Positions 25,582 through 39,260 of a DNA stretch of 64,000 bases are shown here, piece by piece. Position numbers and translations under genes: made by a program. The stretch's first letter is position 1. Every line of letters starts with the position of its first letter. The stretch covers positions 15,934,001-15,998,000 of the forward strand of contig NW_025963891.1 in assembly GCF_023055435.1 (NCBI RefSeq), read 5' to 3'. Below the pieces are notes generated by a model. That model worked only from the letters and a program-made list of their open reading frames with translations. It did no database searches and was not told the origin of the DNA. The stretch comes from Haliotis rufescens. Taxonomy: Eukaryota.

Positions 25582-26926
25582 TTATGATCCTTAGCCGGTC
25601 CTACCCATGTTCTTTTGTTTCACGAAATGGATATACATCATTTCAGGCTTCCTTCAACACTTAGCTGACACGCCATGATATAACTGAAATACATTCAAAG
25701 GCGGTGTAAACCCAAATAACTCCCTCACTGATACTAACCTTCAAAAAGGAGGTTAGCCAACAAGGTGGTCTTGAGTGATTGTTACTCCATTTGTTGTTCA
25801 CAATTAATCTCTGGACTGTCATGTTTTTTTTCACGAGAATGGTAGACATTTCTGGTTAGTGATGGTTTGTAACCTTTCAGCACCCGAACGATACAGTATC
25901 GTTCTTCATTGTCAAGACCGCGATACAGATTATGTTGTTTTGTTAACATTACGTTTTCTTGACGAACACTGACGCTGATTGAGTTAAGCATGATTGTTAT
26001 GCAGTAAATATTGTCATTCTTGTATATACGGAACATGTGTTACCTAGTTTGAATTAAGTACCATTTAACATACCATGGAAGTTAGCACTCATAACTTTAC
26101 CCGAACTTCACAACTGCTAAGTCTTATAAGGAATCACTCTTTCCCTTACACATATGCAATGTTTATGATTTTGCGCTGAGTTCATGCCTTTTGGTGAAAG
26201 AAAAGCTGTATGTTGATTAGTTGCGACAGGTTCAGATTCAATATACATGTAGTACTAAAACATCGGGCTAGAATCTTTTTTAAAAAAGACGTTTAATTTT
26301 TGTTTGTTTATTTGTCAAAGAGTTATTTATTTGCAGTTTAACCTTTGTTCAACATTTGTGGTGAACTCGTAAGTTCGGCGGAATAATAAGAATTTTGTTT
26401 TCCAGATTTCATATTCCAGTCTTTTATCGTTGCGGAATCCATACAATAATATTCGCCTCAGTAACAGAAGTAATTATGATATCTGATTGGGTATTCTAAT
26501 AAAGGCGACGGTTTCTTTAATTGTGTCTTCCTTGTCGTCAAACCTATCGCACTGTCGATGCTAAAACTCAAATGATAACTTAAAATATGCCAAGGGGAGA
26601 GTTAACATTCCTACACATCTCAGTCATGCAATGATCCCCGCATCGTGAGTTGTAGTGGTAAACGTGAAGGCAATTTGCAAATCTCTGACATACGTAAATG
26701 CTGCTATTTCCCACGAAAATACCATTGGAAAGTGTGGAATTTAGTTTTGGTAAACACTGTAACCATCATGATAGCAATTGGACACAATAATGATAATATC
26801 GGTTGATAGTAACTGTAATTCAGTACAATCGTTTAATAAATGATTAATCGATAAAGAACCATAGCCTCCAGAAGTATTGTTTGGGACACATTATACTCTT
26901 CAAATAGGATATTACTTGAAGACAGC

Positions 26927-27078
26927 GAGTGAGTGAGTATGGTTTTAGCAATATTCTAGCAATATCACGGCAGGGGACACCAGAAATGGGCTTCACACAT
27001 TGTACACATGTCGGGAATCGAACCCGGGTCTTCGGCGTGACGAGCGAACTCTTTAACCACTTGGGTACCCTACCGCCC
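26927..27078 (-). mobile_element. Family A SINE
   Basis: Full head, core and tail; TSD aagacag. Confidence 0.9.
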
Positions 27079-27223
27079 GTAAGACAGTAGATGATGTAGG
27101 AACAATTATAGACTATTATCAACACTGCTAAATAAAAGTATTATGATGTGGTTTCATTTTAATTATTAATGACCATCAGCTTTTAAAAGGGGGACTAGGT
27201 TGGGGTCAGGTGGCAGTGCTAGG

Positions 27224-27495
27224 TTGGTTGGTTGGTTGGTTGGTTGTTTTACGTCGCACGCAGAAATATTCCAGCTATATGACGGCAGTCTGTAAATAAT
27301 CGAGTCTGGACAAGTCAATCGAGTGATAAAATCACGAGCATCGATCCACGCAATTGGAATCGATGACATGCGTCAACCAGGTCAGCAAGCCTGACCACCC
27401 GATCCCGTTAGTCGCCTCTTACGACGAGCATAGTGGCCTTTTAGGACAAGCATAGGTTCTGAAGACCTATTCTACCCCGGATCTTCACGGGTCTA
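27224..27495 (-). mobile_element. Family D SINE-like element
   Basis: (GGTT)n tail; 10-bp TSD cagtgctagg. Confidence 0.9.
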
Positions 27496-28149
27496 CAGTG
27501 CTAGGAAGTAATCGATCTAGTATGACTATATCATTACCTGGAGACAGTACCTAATATCACACATGTAACGGAACGCTAAGACTGGAAACCTTGACTGGAT
27601 AGGACCAAACCATGAAACATTCATGGAGACTCTTTCTAAACCTTCAACATATGGCAAACTAAGCAACATGTTACATCAACGCGTGACTAACAATATGATT
27701 CGCTTAAAAGCGCGTTTAAATTTCAAGCTAGGAAATCTAAACGATGTAAAACGTCAACGCCATTATTATTGTTATTATTGATTACCCCCGAAATAGATTC
27801 CAGAAGGCTTAAAATGCGAAATAGCGGCTAAAATTATATGATAGGATCACTGAAAATCGGTGATGACACCAGGTGTTCGCGAAAAGGGTAAGCATGTCTC
27901 CTACGACGTAAAGAGATAAACGATATATTTTTATCACTAACTTTTCAGCAATCATATACTTGACAATACATAGTTGCATCCCATTTAATGGCAGATCTCC
28001 ACTGCGGGTGTTATGGAATATTTTACGCCTGGGCTTTTTGTCGCCCCATTTGGAAGTTCCGACGAATTGCTTTGTACAATTTCCTTGAAACAGCATCAGC
28101 AATGTATATATGCTTTTGATAAGGCTAAATCAAATGCCATCTGGACTAG

Positions 28150-28540
28150 AAGTTGTCGGACGATTAGGTGTCTCTCTTTGGCAGAGTGAATCCGGATGGG
28201 ACTCAACCCAAAAATGATCTAGAATATGTACTTCTCTAAGAAGAGTTATCCCAAATATGCCTGGTTCATTTGTTACATTTGACCACTTTCTAAATGGCAT
28301 TGAGTATCCATAGTTTTCGGCCATGGGTGCCGTACCAATTGACACTTGTCAGAGGGGTACTCAAAGTACGTGATCAAGACTACCAGTTGTCGGACTTTCA
28401 TTTGGAAGGCTCGGTGGCTGAGTGGGAGGCGATTAGATGCCTCACTTTGGCAGTGTGTGTTCGAATCCCGGTTGGGACTCCAAACAGTACTAGAGTTTGT
28501 ACTTTACTAAGAGAGTGTTATCCCAAATATAACATTAATT
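28150..28540. mobile_element. tRNA-headed, hammerhead-like-bearing ~270-bp repeat (about 1.4 tandem units)
   Basis: gttatcccaaatat recurs about 272 bp apart; tRNA-like boxes on +; CTGACAA...GAAA fold on - at 28300-28364; homologous to 41841-42379. Confidence 0.75.
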
Positions 28541-28639
28541 TGTTATTAAGGTGGAAGTTAGATTCACTGCGACAATTTGGTCTTCTTAGTCACTTTTTAT
28601 GAGAACGCATACGATCATGAGACAGGCGTAAAAGATATG

Positions 28640-29760
28640 TGTTAACAGGGAAACTGACAGGACATGGACAATGCAAATATGCCACAAATACAGTTAGGTA
28701 GCTCTCAGAAGAGGCTATATTCTGGGACTCGAATCTCATTACAAAACCATTTATGACAAACGGTTAACACTGAAGACCTGTTTGAGGTTTTTACCTGTTC
28801 ACGTACAGGAGCCACATTACATTTCGGTCCACAGTTGACATATAAATACAAATATAACTGGTGGTTAGGCTATTATATATAACGTTCCAGGATTATGGTG
28901 AAATTTGCTCGGACTAAAGCTCTGTCGCTTTATATGAAAGTTGCGATCGCGAAATGAGCCAAAAATTCAATTTGTGAACAGTACGAGCAGAAAGGAGATG
29001 CTTGATAGCAGTCTGCCACAAGATCAACAAAGGGTTTACAGACAATACAACGGCTATAGCTAGCTTCTACCTCAAGTCTGCCAGGAAACTGTCCATAAGA
29101 GACAACAACCCGCGGCCCCGACATTCAGCGTCTGAGCGTGGACACGTAATTATGACAGAAGGTAATGCACCAGACGAGAGCTAGACAGACATTTCACGGT
29201 ACGTATTTAGGGGTCCATGAGGTTAGGCGTTATCCTACTCGTTAAGACCAACATAGATGTACCCTACCTCATCAAGTTCCCGCTGCGTTAGGGGAGACAA
29301 ATACGCTATTTAAGGGACATTCAGCACCGCGGTTCAGCGAAAAAGAACAAAGACCTATGAGTAAACTTCATTACATGCAATACACTCTACAAACGCGCTA
29401 TCAGTAGTCGTGGACAAGAAATGTCGGGATAGGAGCTAGGAAGAGAATCTACTTCCAAACACTTAGGGTCATGGTCTTCAAGGAAATACATGTGCACGTT
29501 ATTGATCTAAGTATGTTTCGATTAGCGAAAATAAGTATGACAAGGACACAGCTATTTTGGTTTTCATACTGAGGGCCCATACATAAATGCTCGTTATGAA
29601 GCATGATCAAGAAGATGGCGACGTTATAACATTTATACGATATGAAACACCAACTATACCAACCAATACAAGATATATAAGAACGGTCTGAGATGGTATA
29701 ATGCTTATTACCAGGGCAGATCAGGTAAACTTTAAATTGGAGTATTCCGTGATCTGTTTA
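28640..29760 (+). repeat. Segmental-duplication block A, copy 1
   Basis: Colinear similarity with 36440-37330 and 49800-51000 (aaagaacaaagacc, gctattttgg, aagcatgatcaag, acgttataac). Confidence 0.8.
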
Positions 29761-29790
29761 TCAACTTTACAAGTGTTTACACGATAATAT

Positions 29791-31632
29791 ACTACTCAAA
29801 GTTTGCTAAGGATCACATCTTCAATGCAGCATGCAATTATGATATGAAGTCACATTGGAATAAAACACTTGTATACAATGATTAGGTAACCCCTCTGGAG
29901 CCACACTACCCCACTCAGAAGGTAAAGGCATGCTGTGACGGACACCATATGCACGTGACGCATGATAACCACAGTTGCCACCGCTGTGATTCGTTGTCAT
30001 TAGAACCTTGCACTCCGTTGTTTGAAAGCCTGACAAGCGTTGATTGCAGTTACTGAAAACAGAAATGCCCAATCAACGTCATTGACGTCGTTGGACAGTC
30101 GAGGATTTAGCCAGATGCGTAGGGAGGCTTGAAACTAGGGCAACACAACGCCAAGTTGCCAACGTCCTTGGTGTGAGTCAACGCCCGGTCTGCAGAGTAT
30201 GGAATCGGTATCAGACTCATGGTTCAGCTACCCAGCGACAAGGTGAGGTGAGGTGAAATGGGGTTTAACGTCGCGTCCAAGATTATTGCACTTATATAGC
30301 GACGTGCATGCACGTGTGTGTGTGTGTGTGGCTGCTTGTACTAGTCCTGACTGATGCCGATTTATAGTGCTAGCTCACTGAGATACCATGCCGCAGTTCA
30401 ACATGAATACACCACTCAGACACAGTATACTGACTCCGAGCCGACCAGTCCTTGTTTTAGCCCCTTAATGCCGATCGCCAGACAGGGTAACAACAAGTAC
30501 CATCTTTTAACGTCTTTTGGTATGACGCGGTCGGGGATCGAACCCCGGACCTTTCGCTCTCCAGGCGGACGCTCTACCACTAGACCACGGAGGCGGTCCC
30601 CCAGCGTCAAGGAGGTAGTCGTGAACGCTCCACCACACAGCGAGATGACCGGTTTCTCTTGCTCTCAGCAAGACGTCATCCCTTTGTGACGGCCACCGCG
30701 CTCAGAAATGAACAGTGGAACGCCACTTGAGTAAACATTGCAACTCAGACAGTCTGTAATCGCCTGCGGGAGGCTGGCCTTCGGTCAAGAAGAGCACGCA
30801 TTCGCATCCCTCTTACCTAGCGTAATAGGCAAGCACTTTTGGATTGGACGAGAGATCATGTCAAATTGACAATCAATGATCGGACATCCGTACTTTTCAC
30901 AGACGAGTCAAGGAACTGTTTAGACTTCACTGATCGCCGTGCTCGGGTGTGGCGTAGTGCAGGAGAGCGATTTCAGGATGCTAACGTATCCGAAAATGAC
31001 ATACGGGATTTGGCTCATTAATGGTTTGGGGTGGAATCAGCAGGGCTGGGAGACCCGATCTGAATGTGTTAGTGAGGGGCACGATGACAGGTGTGCGTTT
31101 CAGGGATGAGATCTTGGATGTTTACGTGAGACCGTATGCTGTTGCATATGGTCCTAACTTCATTCTCACCCAATCGTGCCAGAGTGGTTGATGCTTACCC
31201 TGAGCAAGAGAATCGTCCGTATGGAGTGGCCAACCTGATCGAACACCTTTGGAACATGCTTTAGGTGTCCATCTCACGTCGTCCTGTGTATCCAGGTTCT
31301 CTCCAAGAACTCGTAATTGCTCTCACCAAAGAGTGGATCAATTCCCCTTGGCATCCATCCAAACGCTTATTGGAAGCATGAGACGAAGGTGCCAGGCTGT
31401 CATCGCAAATGGTGGATCACATACCAGCTATCGACAGTTGTGTAATGCTCAATGATTTGTTGGCTGCTGTCATGATTACCTTACCGGTCGATTACGTGTT
31501 GCTTTGGCATTTTCAGCAACACATTCCAATCATTTCCTTTAAATTAAGCATATATCTACACAATTTTGTTATTTGTAGGTGTCATTGGCAATACTTTTTT
31601 TCATATTCGCAAAATGTTATCCTTAGAAAACT
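29791..31632 (+). mobile_element. Decayed Tc1-like transposon
   Basis: Transposase remnants (~30065-31430): HTH QRQVANVLGVSQ, VLFTDESR, VWR..GER, MVWGGIS, IEHLW, SMRRRCQAVI; TIR remnants agtttgctaaggat and atccttagaaaact; stops and frameshifts. Confidence 0.9.
30244..30598 (-). mobile_element. Family B SINE nested in the Tc1 transposase
   Basis: 13-bp TSD cccagcg(a/t)caagg. Confidence 0.95.
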
Positions 31633-32189
31633 AAATTAGGACGGAAACAAATGCTTTGTTCCTTGTTGAAAAAATGAGGAAACGGCGATCGAGTGTTATA
31701 TTTGAAGTGACAACATGTGTCTCGCGTTTTCGCGAACACTTGGTATCATCCCTTAGTAATTTGGGATTCACAAACACATGCTCATGATATAGTCGGAATA
31801 GTACAATCGACTCTGCTTTTGGCAGAGATTTCTATTGAATATGGAAAGGGCACGTGTTCGCAAAAGACATGGGACAAATCTTTATCTCGATAAAACTCAT
31901 TGTTCCATGAAACTATATATTTTTATACAATAAAAATCATAATAATGTCCACGAAAAACATTGAACGATTCCGACTATATCATAAGCACGAGTTCATGAA
32001 TTATTATTAAGTAGCTATGATACACAGTGTTAGCAAAACAATGTGAGTGTATCCTGCCCCACCGATCACAAACACGTGCAAAGGCAAATAATCTTGCAAT
32101 GACAAAATAACATGTACACAAACTTGACGTTTTGAGATACAGTACACAGTATATTTGCATAGTTACATATTGGCTTGTCATACCAATCC

Positions 32190-33200
32190 CATCTAAATGT
32201 TTAAATTCTGAGGCAAAGATAGCATTGTTATTCATTTATGACGAACGCAAATGGTTTGGTTGAACATTCCCTGAAGGGGAGGAAAGCTGCAAATCATGTG
32301 TTCAAAGAGACAATTTAAATATTTTACCTTTTTGACCACGAGCTTGTATGAAATGCGGCTGTTTCAATATTCCAGGTATATGAAGACTGTCCGTAAATAA
32401 ACGAGTTTGGACAAGACAATCCAGTGATTTATATCTTGAGCATCGATCTACATAGCTGAGATACGATGACATGCATCAACCAAGTCAGCGAGCCTGACCA
32501 CCCGATCCCGTTAGTCGTCTCTTACGACAAGCATGGGTTGCATTCTAAGCCTGATCTTCACGGGTCACAGTATGCCATGAGAGTATAAAAATCAAAATAG
32601 GTTTGGCAGGCTGATAATATCGGAATGATAGGGGTTTTTAAGTATCACATCTTTCAGAGCAAGACAGCAAGTAATCCTCATTAAGAAGATGATAAACAAC
32701 TTCAAAGTCTAACAAAGATAAAAACAAATGTTTTGTATACAACAGTTGATCACATTCAAATGTAAGGCTCGCTCTTTGATTACAGCACGAATGTGATTCT
32801 TCACTACAGGGTTTCCCTTTTGTCACGAAAATGTACTTGGTTGGAAACATTGTTAGCATTAATGGATTCTTTCCACACCAGTGTATTAGAGTGTGATAGG
32901 ATCCATGAGCGGTAGAGCAAAACTCATCAAGCAATGTGCTTTATGTTCTGTGTGGCCCTGAGAAACGGTAATAGAGAGCGAAGTACATTGTACACACTGG
33001 ACGTAGTTTCTCATCTATGACCTCACACGTAGACCTTGTACGTAGGCTTTCTCGAGTAACTTGGTATCCGCTTATGGTATGCATGTAGACAGAGAAATCT
33101 GTGCAGGCTTGACTTCGCCGGGGCTACCAGGTTTCTGGGAGAAGGAAACACTTTGTCCCTGTTTTATTTCGGGAAGAAATATCCGGATAAATAGATTCAG
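32190..33200 (+). repeat. Segmental-duplication block C-B, copy 1
   Basis: Similar to 38700-39260, 43800-46270 and 53880-54700 (caacttcaaagtctaacaaa, aacagttgatca). Confidence 0.75.
32350..32566 (-). mobile_element. Family D SINE-like element
   Basis: Ends in gatcttcacgggtc; family core present. Confidence 0.85.
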
Positions 33201-33383
33201 GTTAAGAAAAGGCGAAGAAAGGGAACTAAAAAAGAGCTGAGGAATGATGATATCAGCTTTATTCAAACAGGAAATGGAATATATAAACTGATATAATCAC
33301 AGAAGCTGGCATATTTCTGCGAAAAAGACATATGAGAGACAGATGGAGAGAGAGATTTATAGCGTTGGAGAGAGATGCAGCTG

Positions 33384-33385
<2 letters not shown>

Positions 33386-33427
<42 letters not shown>
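33386..33427. repeat. (GA)n microsatellite in a purine-rich tract
   Basis: Direct observation. Confidence 0.95.
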
Positions 33428-33430
<3 letters not shown>

Positions 33431-33920
33431 TGTAAAAGTGAGATGAAATGATCCTGAGCTAAAGAGAGACAGAGACAAACAAACAGGCGAAGGAAAGGAG
33501 AATCAGATAGTGAGACACAGCTGTAGAGAGAGGCGCTGTAGAGGAGAACTTACATTAAATGCCAAACTGACAAATACTATAAATACTATGGACAGCTGAA
33601 GGAAGCTACCAAACTGAAAGTGAACTGGCCAAATGACCGTGACTTCATGTTGGCTGCAATAATATTGGGTCACTGGGGAGCCGACAGATTCTCTGTTCCC
33701 AAAAGGGCGATTCTGAATGCACATATCAGATGAAAGACAGCGGATGTGTTCCTTCAGGAGTGAAAGTACGGCACGTTGCTGCAGGGAGGAGTTCCCACTG
33801 TTTGGAGGTGTTGTCATGGATATCCACGATGAGGGTGCCCTGAAGAGTTTTTCATTACCATAGCGTGTCATGTCGACCTCAAAACATCATTGGCATTTGT
33901 TTCCCATGACCTTATCAATT

Positions 33921-34209
33921 GAGTGTGTGTGAGTGATTTGGGGTTAACGCCGCTTTTACAGTATTCCAGTTATATCGCGGCGTGTCAGCTTAATATGGGA
34001 GGAAAGCCCGAAGCCCGACTGATGCAGGTCTCAGACATTTACCACTTCGGTGAAACCCACGAGCACGGGTATGGTGCTGACAAACGTAGAAACATAATCG
34101 GGGCGAACCGGGATTCGAACCGACAATCATAGGTTTCACGCGTCCCCAAGGGACGCAAATCTGCACAGCGAATCGCGGCGCCTTAGACGACTGGGACACC
34201 TGTGCCCCC
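33921..34209 (-). mobile_element. Family C SINE
   Basis: Reverse complement of 40183-40459; imperfect TSD tatcaattgag/tattaactgag. Confidence 0.9.
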
Positions 34210-35891
34210 TATTAACTGAGACTCATTAATTGGCACTCAGTACCGCGTCTACATCGGCAGTGTATAGCATAGCAACAAATGTGAAAAGAGAGTCGCTTTC
34301 AACAGTATTTCAGTTATAAGTCTGGCCACCAGTTCCCCCCTGTTCAAAAAGACTATGACGTAGCCTTGAGCATGACGATTCCAATTCAGATTTCTACTTG
34401 AATGCACACATTGTCCATTGACGTGTTTGTGCATTTGCCTTGTGTACATTGGAGAGTGACTCCTTTGAGAAAGAATTTTACTGCACAATACCGCTGAATG
34501 AAGGAAAAACAATTTTATTTAACGCAAGATTGAGCTTTATTTCTCAAATGGACACCCCGGACGACAGTCAACGACAAAGAACAAAGTTTAACGCAAAGGA
34601 AACAAAATGATTTTGATGAAATGTTAGTAGGCTTCAGGGAAAGATGATGATTACTTCACGCCGTGGAAGTGTGAAATTAACTTGTATTATTTGGCCTTAT
34701 TCAAGTAACACCTGAGTAGCTTAATGATTTAGATACCTTATATTCTTCTTATACGAAGTTTTGGTACAGTCACTTGAACCACGTTCAGGCGTCCTGTAAA
34801 ATGATTACTTGTATCAACCAATATTACATTAGGATAATATTGCTGACTAGGTATCAGTAGTTATGTTGTCTTTGCTCGCATATAAAAAAAGCACCACACA
34901 AATAAAAAATAACAAAACAAAAGTTGATAACATAATGTCCGGCTGAAAAGAATAGTTTAATATCCTACCGATTTTCACATATATCCATCGAGAAACACAA
35001 TGAATGAGACGGTTTGGCTGATAGAACAATGGTGTGTTTGAGGATAACTGTATCTGTCAGTGTAACTTGTATCGCTAAATTACACTGCCGTGTAACATGC
35101 TGTTAGGGCATGTTTAATTGTGTTTATATGCTATTATATCAAACATATCATTCATTCCAGGTAGATAATGGTGCTCTATTGCATATATACTTCCGTATTT
35201 TACAACACAAGTCTGTCCATGGGTCCACAACATATATTCCATGATATTATGCAACTAAACAGAATAATTTATTTAAAATTTATATAAATAATAAAAAAAA
35301 TTATACTATTTAAATTTCATAAATATATGGTCTCCAGTTAGCAACTCCCAGGCCCAGGTCGGCCAACCTCTCTGGATGCTGTTCGAGGGTCAACTCCCGG
35401 CCAATACTAAGCTTTGTCCATTGATCTCTAGGGGGCAAATCACGGTCACACTGCCAGGTGCCACATACGCGACACATGTATGGTCAGCCTGCAATATCCC
35501 GCACCTCATCCACAATGTCACGTTCCAGTGATCAACCCGCCTTTGTCTAATTTTAAATATTGGCAGCTGACCAATCCTTGACATGTTGGCCATGGTACTA
35601 ATAGTCAAGCTGATGTTACCTGATTTGTATTGACGACGCTGTGAAAATTAAGATTGATATATTTAACTTACTTAACACAGGGGATAGATAAAACATATAC
35701 ATTCTCTGATAAAACCTAAACCCCGCCAAACTGCCTACGATACATTGGAATGATCAAATACCGCTTGTGTGGTCTTGTATTCAACGTTCCCGAATGTAAG
35801 TCGATGTATGTTTTAGATATATGTTATAAATTTAGCTAATATGTCTAGCGTCCTATGCCACAGTGTAATCTATCATATTTAAACAGTACAA

Positions 35892-36053
35892 GGGGCGGTC
35901 GGGTAGCCTAATGGTTAAACCGTTCGCTCGTCACGCCGAAGACCCGGGTTCGATTCCCGACATGGGTACAATGTGTGAAGCCCATTTCCGGTGTCCCCCG
36001 CCGTGATATTGCATGACCATTGCTAAAAGCGGCGTAAAACCAAACTCACTCAC
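35892..36053 (+). mobile_element. Family A SINE, full length
   Basis: ggggcggtcgggtagcctaatgg A box, ggttcgattccc B box, tail aaactcactc. Confidence 0.93.
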
Positions 36054-36439
36054 AAATATTCATTCCATCGGCACAGATGAATAGTATCTCTGATAAAAGG
36101 ATTAATTGACCAAATAACTCCATGTTATGTTAGAGTTTTGTTCTAAAAGGCATCATTACCAAGTACATGACCTAATTGGTTTAACTTCTCGTCTAATACT
36201 GAAAATAACTCTGCATTCAGCTTCCTGATGAACAAAGAGTATGAATCCGACTGCATGCTATTCCATAGATGAGTGAGTGAGTTAATATTTAACGTAGCTG
36301 CAGTTCGCACAATACTATGTGGTTAACATTATAAACGCGAATCTGAAATAAACTTAATTAGAATTTGCTATTATAACATTATGGATCAAAAGGGCGTTAT
36401 ATCAAATTAGACACCAAACTATTTGGTATCTCTCGGAGG

Positions 36440-37330
36440 AGGTTACAATCTCTGTGGTAGCATATCTGCGCTAATAAGCAATGAAGTAGGTAGCTCTCTG
36501 AGGAGGTTATAATCTCGGGTTTAGAGACGGCACGAAGGTAAGCTTCTACCGGCCTCATATTCAGAAAGTCTGCTAGGAGAATGACCACAACAGACAACTT
36601 TGATTCATGGTCTCGAGAGTCCCACAAGTGTCCAGGACCTGGCCAGACATTCAGCAAGTGAGCGTAGACGTGTAATTGTGACTGTCTTCGGAAAGTACTA
36701 CACCAGAAGAGAGCCAGACAGGACATTTTACGGTGTGCAGTTTAAGGGTTGATGAGGTTAAGTATCATTCTCCTCGTTAAGTCCGATAAAGATGTAACCT
36801 TCCTCATCATGTGCCCTCTGTGTTTGAGATGCGTGGTTGTGGTGGTTGGGTGTGCGACAAGTACGTTATTTATGGAGCATCTAGCACCACTGTCCTTTGT
36901 AAAAGAACAAAGACCCATGGATGAGCTTCTTTCCCGACAATACAATCTAAGGAGACGTTATCACATTTATAGCATAACTACTGTTGGAATTAGAGCTGAG
37001 AAGACAATATCTACTCGAAGTCACTTAGCATCATGCAAGTCAAGAAAAGACAAGCACGTGATTCATCTTAATTTGGTCTTGGACCAGGATAAAGATATTA
37101 ACTATGAGAAGGGCATAGCTATTTTGGCTTTCATTATTCGTGGCTCTATAAAACGTACCATAAAGCATGATCAAGGAGGTATTAGGAAAAACGTTATAAC
37201 CTTTACACTATATGAGACTCTTTGGCGACAGCTATTGGGGAATACAAGATGGTTAATAAGAACGGCCTCAGCCAGTTTTTATGAGGTATTAATTGAAAGT
37301 TTATTTAAACAATTCAGTTAGCCTATTAAA
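36440..37330 (+). repeat. Segmental-duplication block A, copy 2 (contains the 190-codon ORF 36749-37321)
   Basis: Colinear with 28640-29760 and 49800-51000. Confidence 0.8.
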
Positions 37331-37459
37331 TAGTACATTCCACGACCTATGCCATTAGTTGTACTGGTGTTAATAATATACACGTATGACAAGTCTAAAG
37401 AAATATATTGTTTCTTGGTCAATATTAAAATATGGAAAACTGGAAAAGACGGCGATCGG

Positions 37460-37705
37460 GTTTATGTTTGTTTGTATGTTATTTAACGCCACACTCAGCA
37501 ATATTCAAGCTACATGTACATGTATATGACGGCGGTCTGTAAATAATCGAGTCTGGACAAGACAATCCAGTGATTGACGTCATGAGCATCGATCCATCCA
37601 ATTGGGATACGATGACATGCATCAAGGAAGTCAGCGAGCCTGACCACCCGATCTTACGACAAGCACAGTCGCTTTTTATTGCAAGCATGGGTTGCTGAAG
37701 ACCTT
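37460..37705 (-). mobile_element. Family D SINE-like element
   Basis: Family core; (GTTT)n tail. Confidence 0.85.
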
Positions 37706-38699
37706 AAATGTCGGGACGAGACAACATGGTGTCTGCATTGTACTGCATCCGAGAGCTGTTGACAACAAACAACAAACAAAGTCAACAACATCTATTTATG
37801 AATGAGGTTTTAAGCAAAATAACGGTGATGTTGACAGAAAGAACAGTTTTCACACACTGTACCCATTTTGGGGAAAGGAAACACGAACTGAGCTACACCA
37901 CAAACAATATATACTCAACATGGATAATACGATCACAATTTTTTAACCAGTAGTGATCCAAAAAGCCAAAAATGTAGACGAGTGGACTTTCAGAAAATGA
38001 TCTATGGTTGAATAACGCTGTTAGCGATACTCCAACAATCCAGAGATTGATATTTTCAGTGACAAAAACAACGATTATCTATTTTTGACTTTTACGATAT
38101 GTTCCCGTGTTTTTTTCAGGTGAACAATTGACTTGCCTTTGTAAGTGTTTGTGACGGGTGCCACCGATTGGACATGGCACGCTCATCGTTTCGCAAACAA
38201 TTAGTACCATCACTGTTAGATAGCGATTCATAAACAGATTCACTTTATTTATTATTAGGGAATGAATTTTGACGCATACGATATCCACGCAGTCGGGCTA
38301 TGATATCATGCAAGCTGCCAAGTCACTAAACCACATGCATGATCCATTAGATTGGGTGGCCAATTCTAATCCTGAATCCGCCCGGAGAGAGAAACGTGTG
38401 GTGATATCAATTCAATCGATACGAGAGTCATCATGGCGATGTTCTGTCATATTTTGACATGATTTTATGGACGCTGAATATACCATTGGTAAAACAAAAC
38501 ATAAAATGAATGAAAAAAGGGTTTTCTACCCGGGGTAACAATAAATGAGTCTGAATAATCATTAGTCTAAACCTAACGAAATTGTTGTCTTTTTACAAAT
38601 ATTTTGTGTCAGTTAATTACGAAAATACATGTAAACAAACAAAACTCAGTTCAGAGTTGTAACATACTGAGAAACTGGCGTCGTGATCCAATACCAACC

Positions 38700-39260
38700 A
38701 AATGTTTCTGTGTGGGGCAAACGTGACACCGGTTATGCTTTCTGATAAAAGTAGAACAACGTATGCCCTAAAAAGAGAGAACAGACAATTTTACATATTT
38801 TAGCTTCACAAATTGACTGTGACATTGTGTGAAAGGCGTCTATTTTAAACAGTTGCCCCGCTGCTTGAGTTATTCACCTCTCCCAATACCACAGCCGCCA
38901 TCATACCAGATTAGTTGAGACAAGTGTGCAGCATGCAGGAGCAAATGTCGATTTTTTGCAAAAAGCGTAATTGAATAAAAGCTAGTTTTGTGGTTGCACA
39001 GATTGATCAATATGTTCTCGCAGTCCATAACTTTGATTTTCTTTTTGGCGAGGATTGAAATTTTAAAGGCTGTTAGAAATTGCTGTAGGCTACTTTTTTT
39101 CGTTTTCAGAACCACACAAAGTATATTATTTTGCCTTTTCATCTCAAGGCAAAAAGGAAATATTGTGCCATTAGTGTATTTGTCAAAAGCGTTTGAAAAG
39201 GTGATAAAAGCCGTAAGATCTCACATCCTTCAGGGAGAGAAAAACAATTGAATCATCATA
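38700..39260 (+). repeat. Segmental-duplication block C, copy 2
   Basis: acaattttacatattttagc, ttattcacct...accacagccgcca shared with 53980-54300. Confidence 0.85.

Noticed and set aside
35892-35965. Functional tRNA genes at SINE heads
   Set aside because: Heads continue into SINE bodies with tails and TSDs; multi-copy and diverged
38785-38960. Ankyrin-like TILHILA and AGANVD in block C
   Set aside because: Spacing is wrong for ankyrin, and in-frame stops are shared between copies
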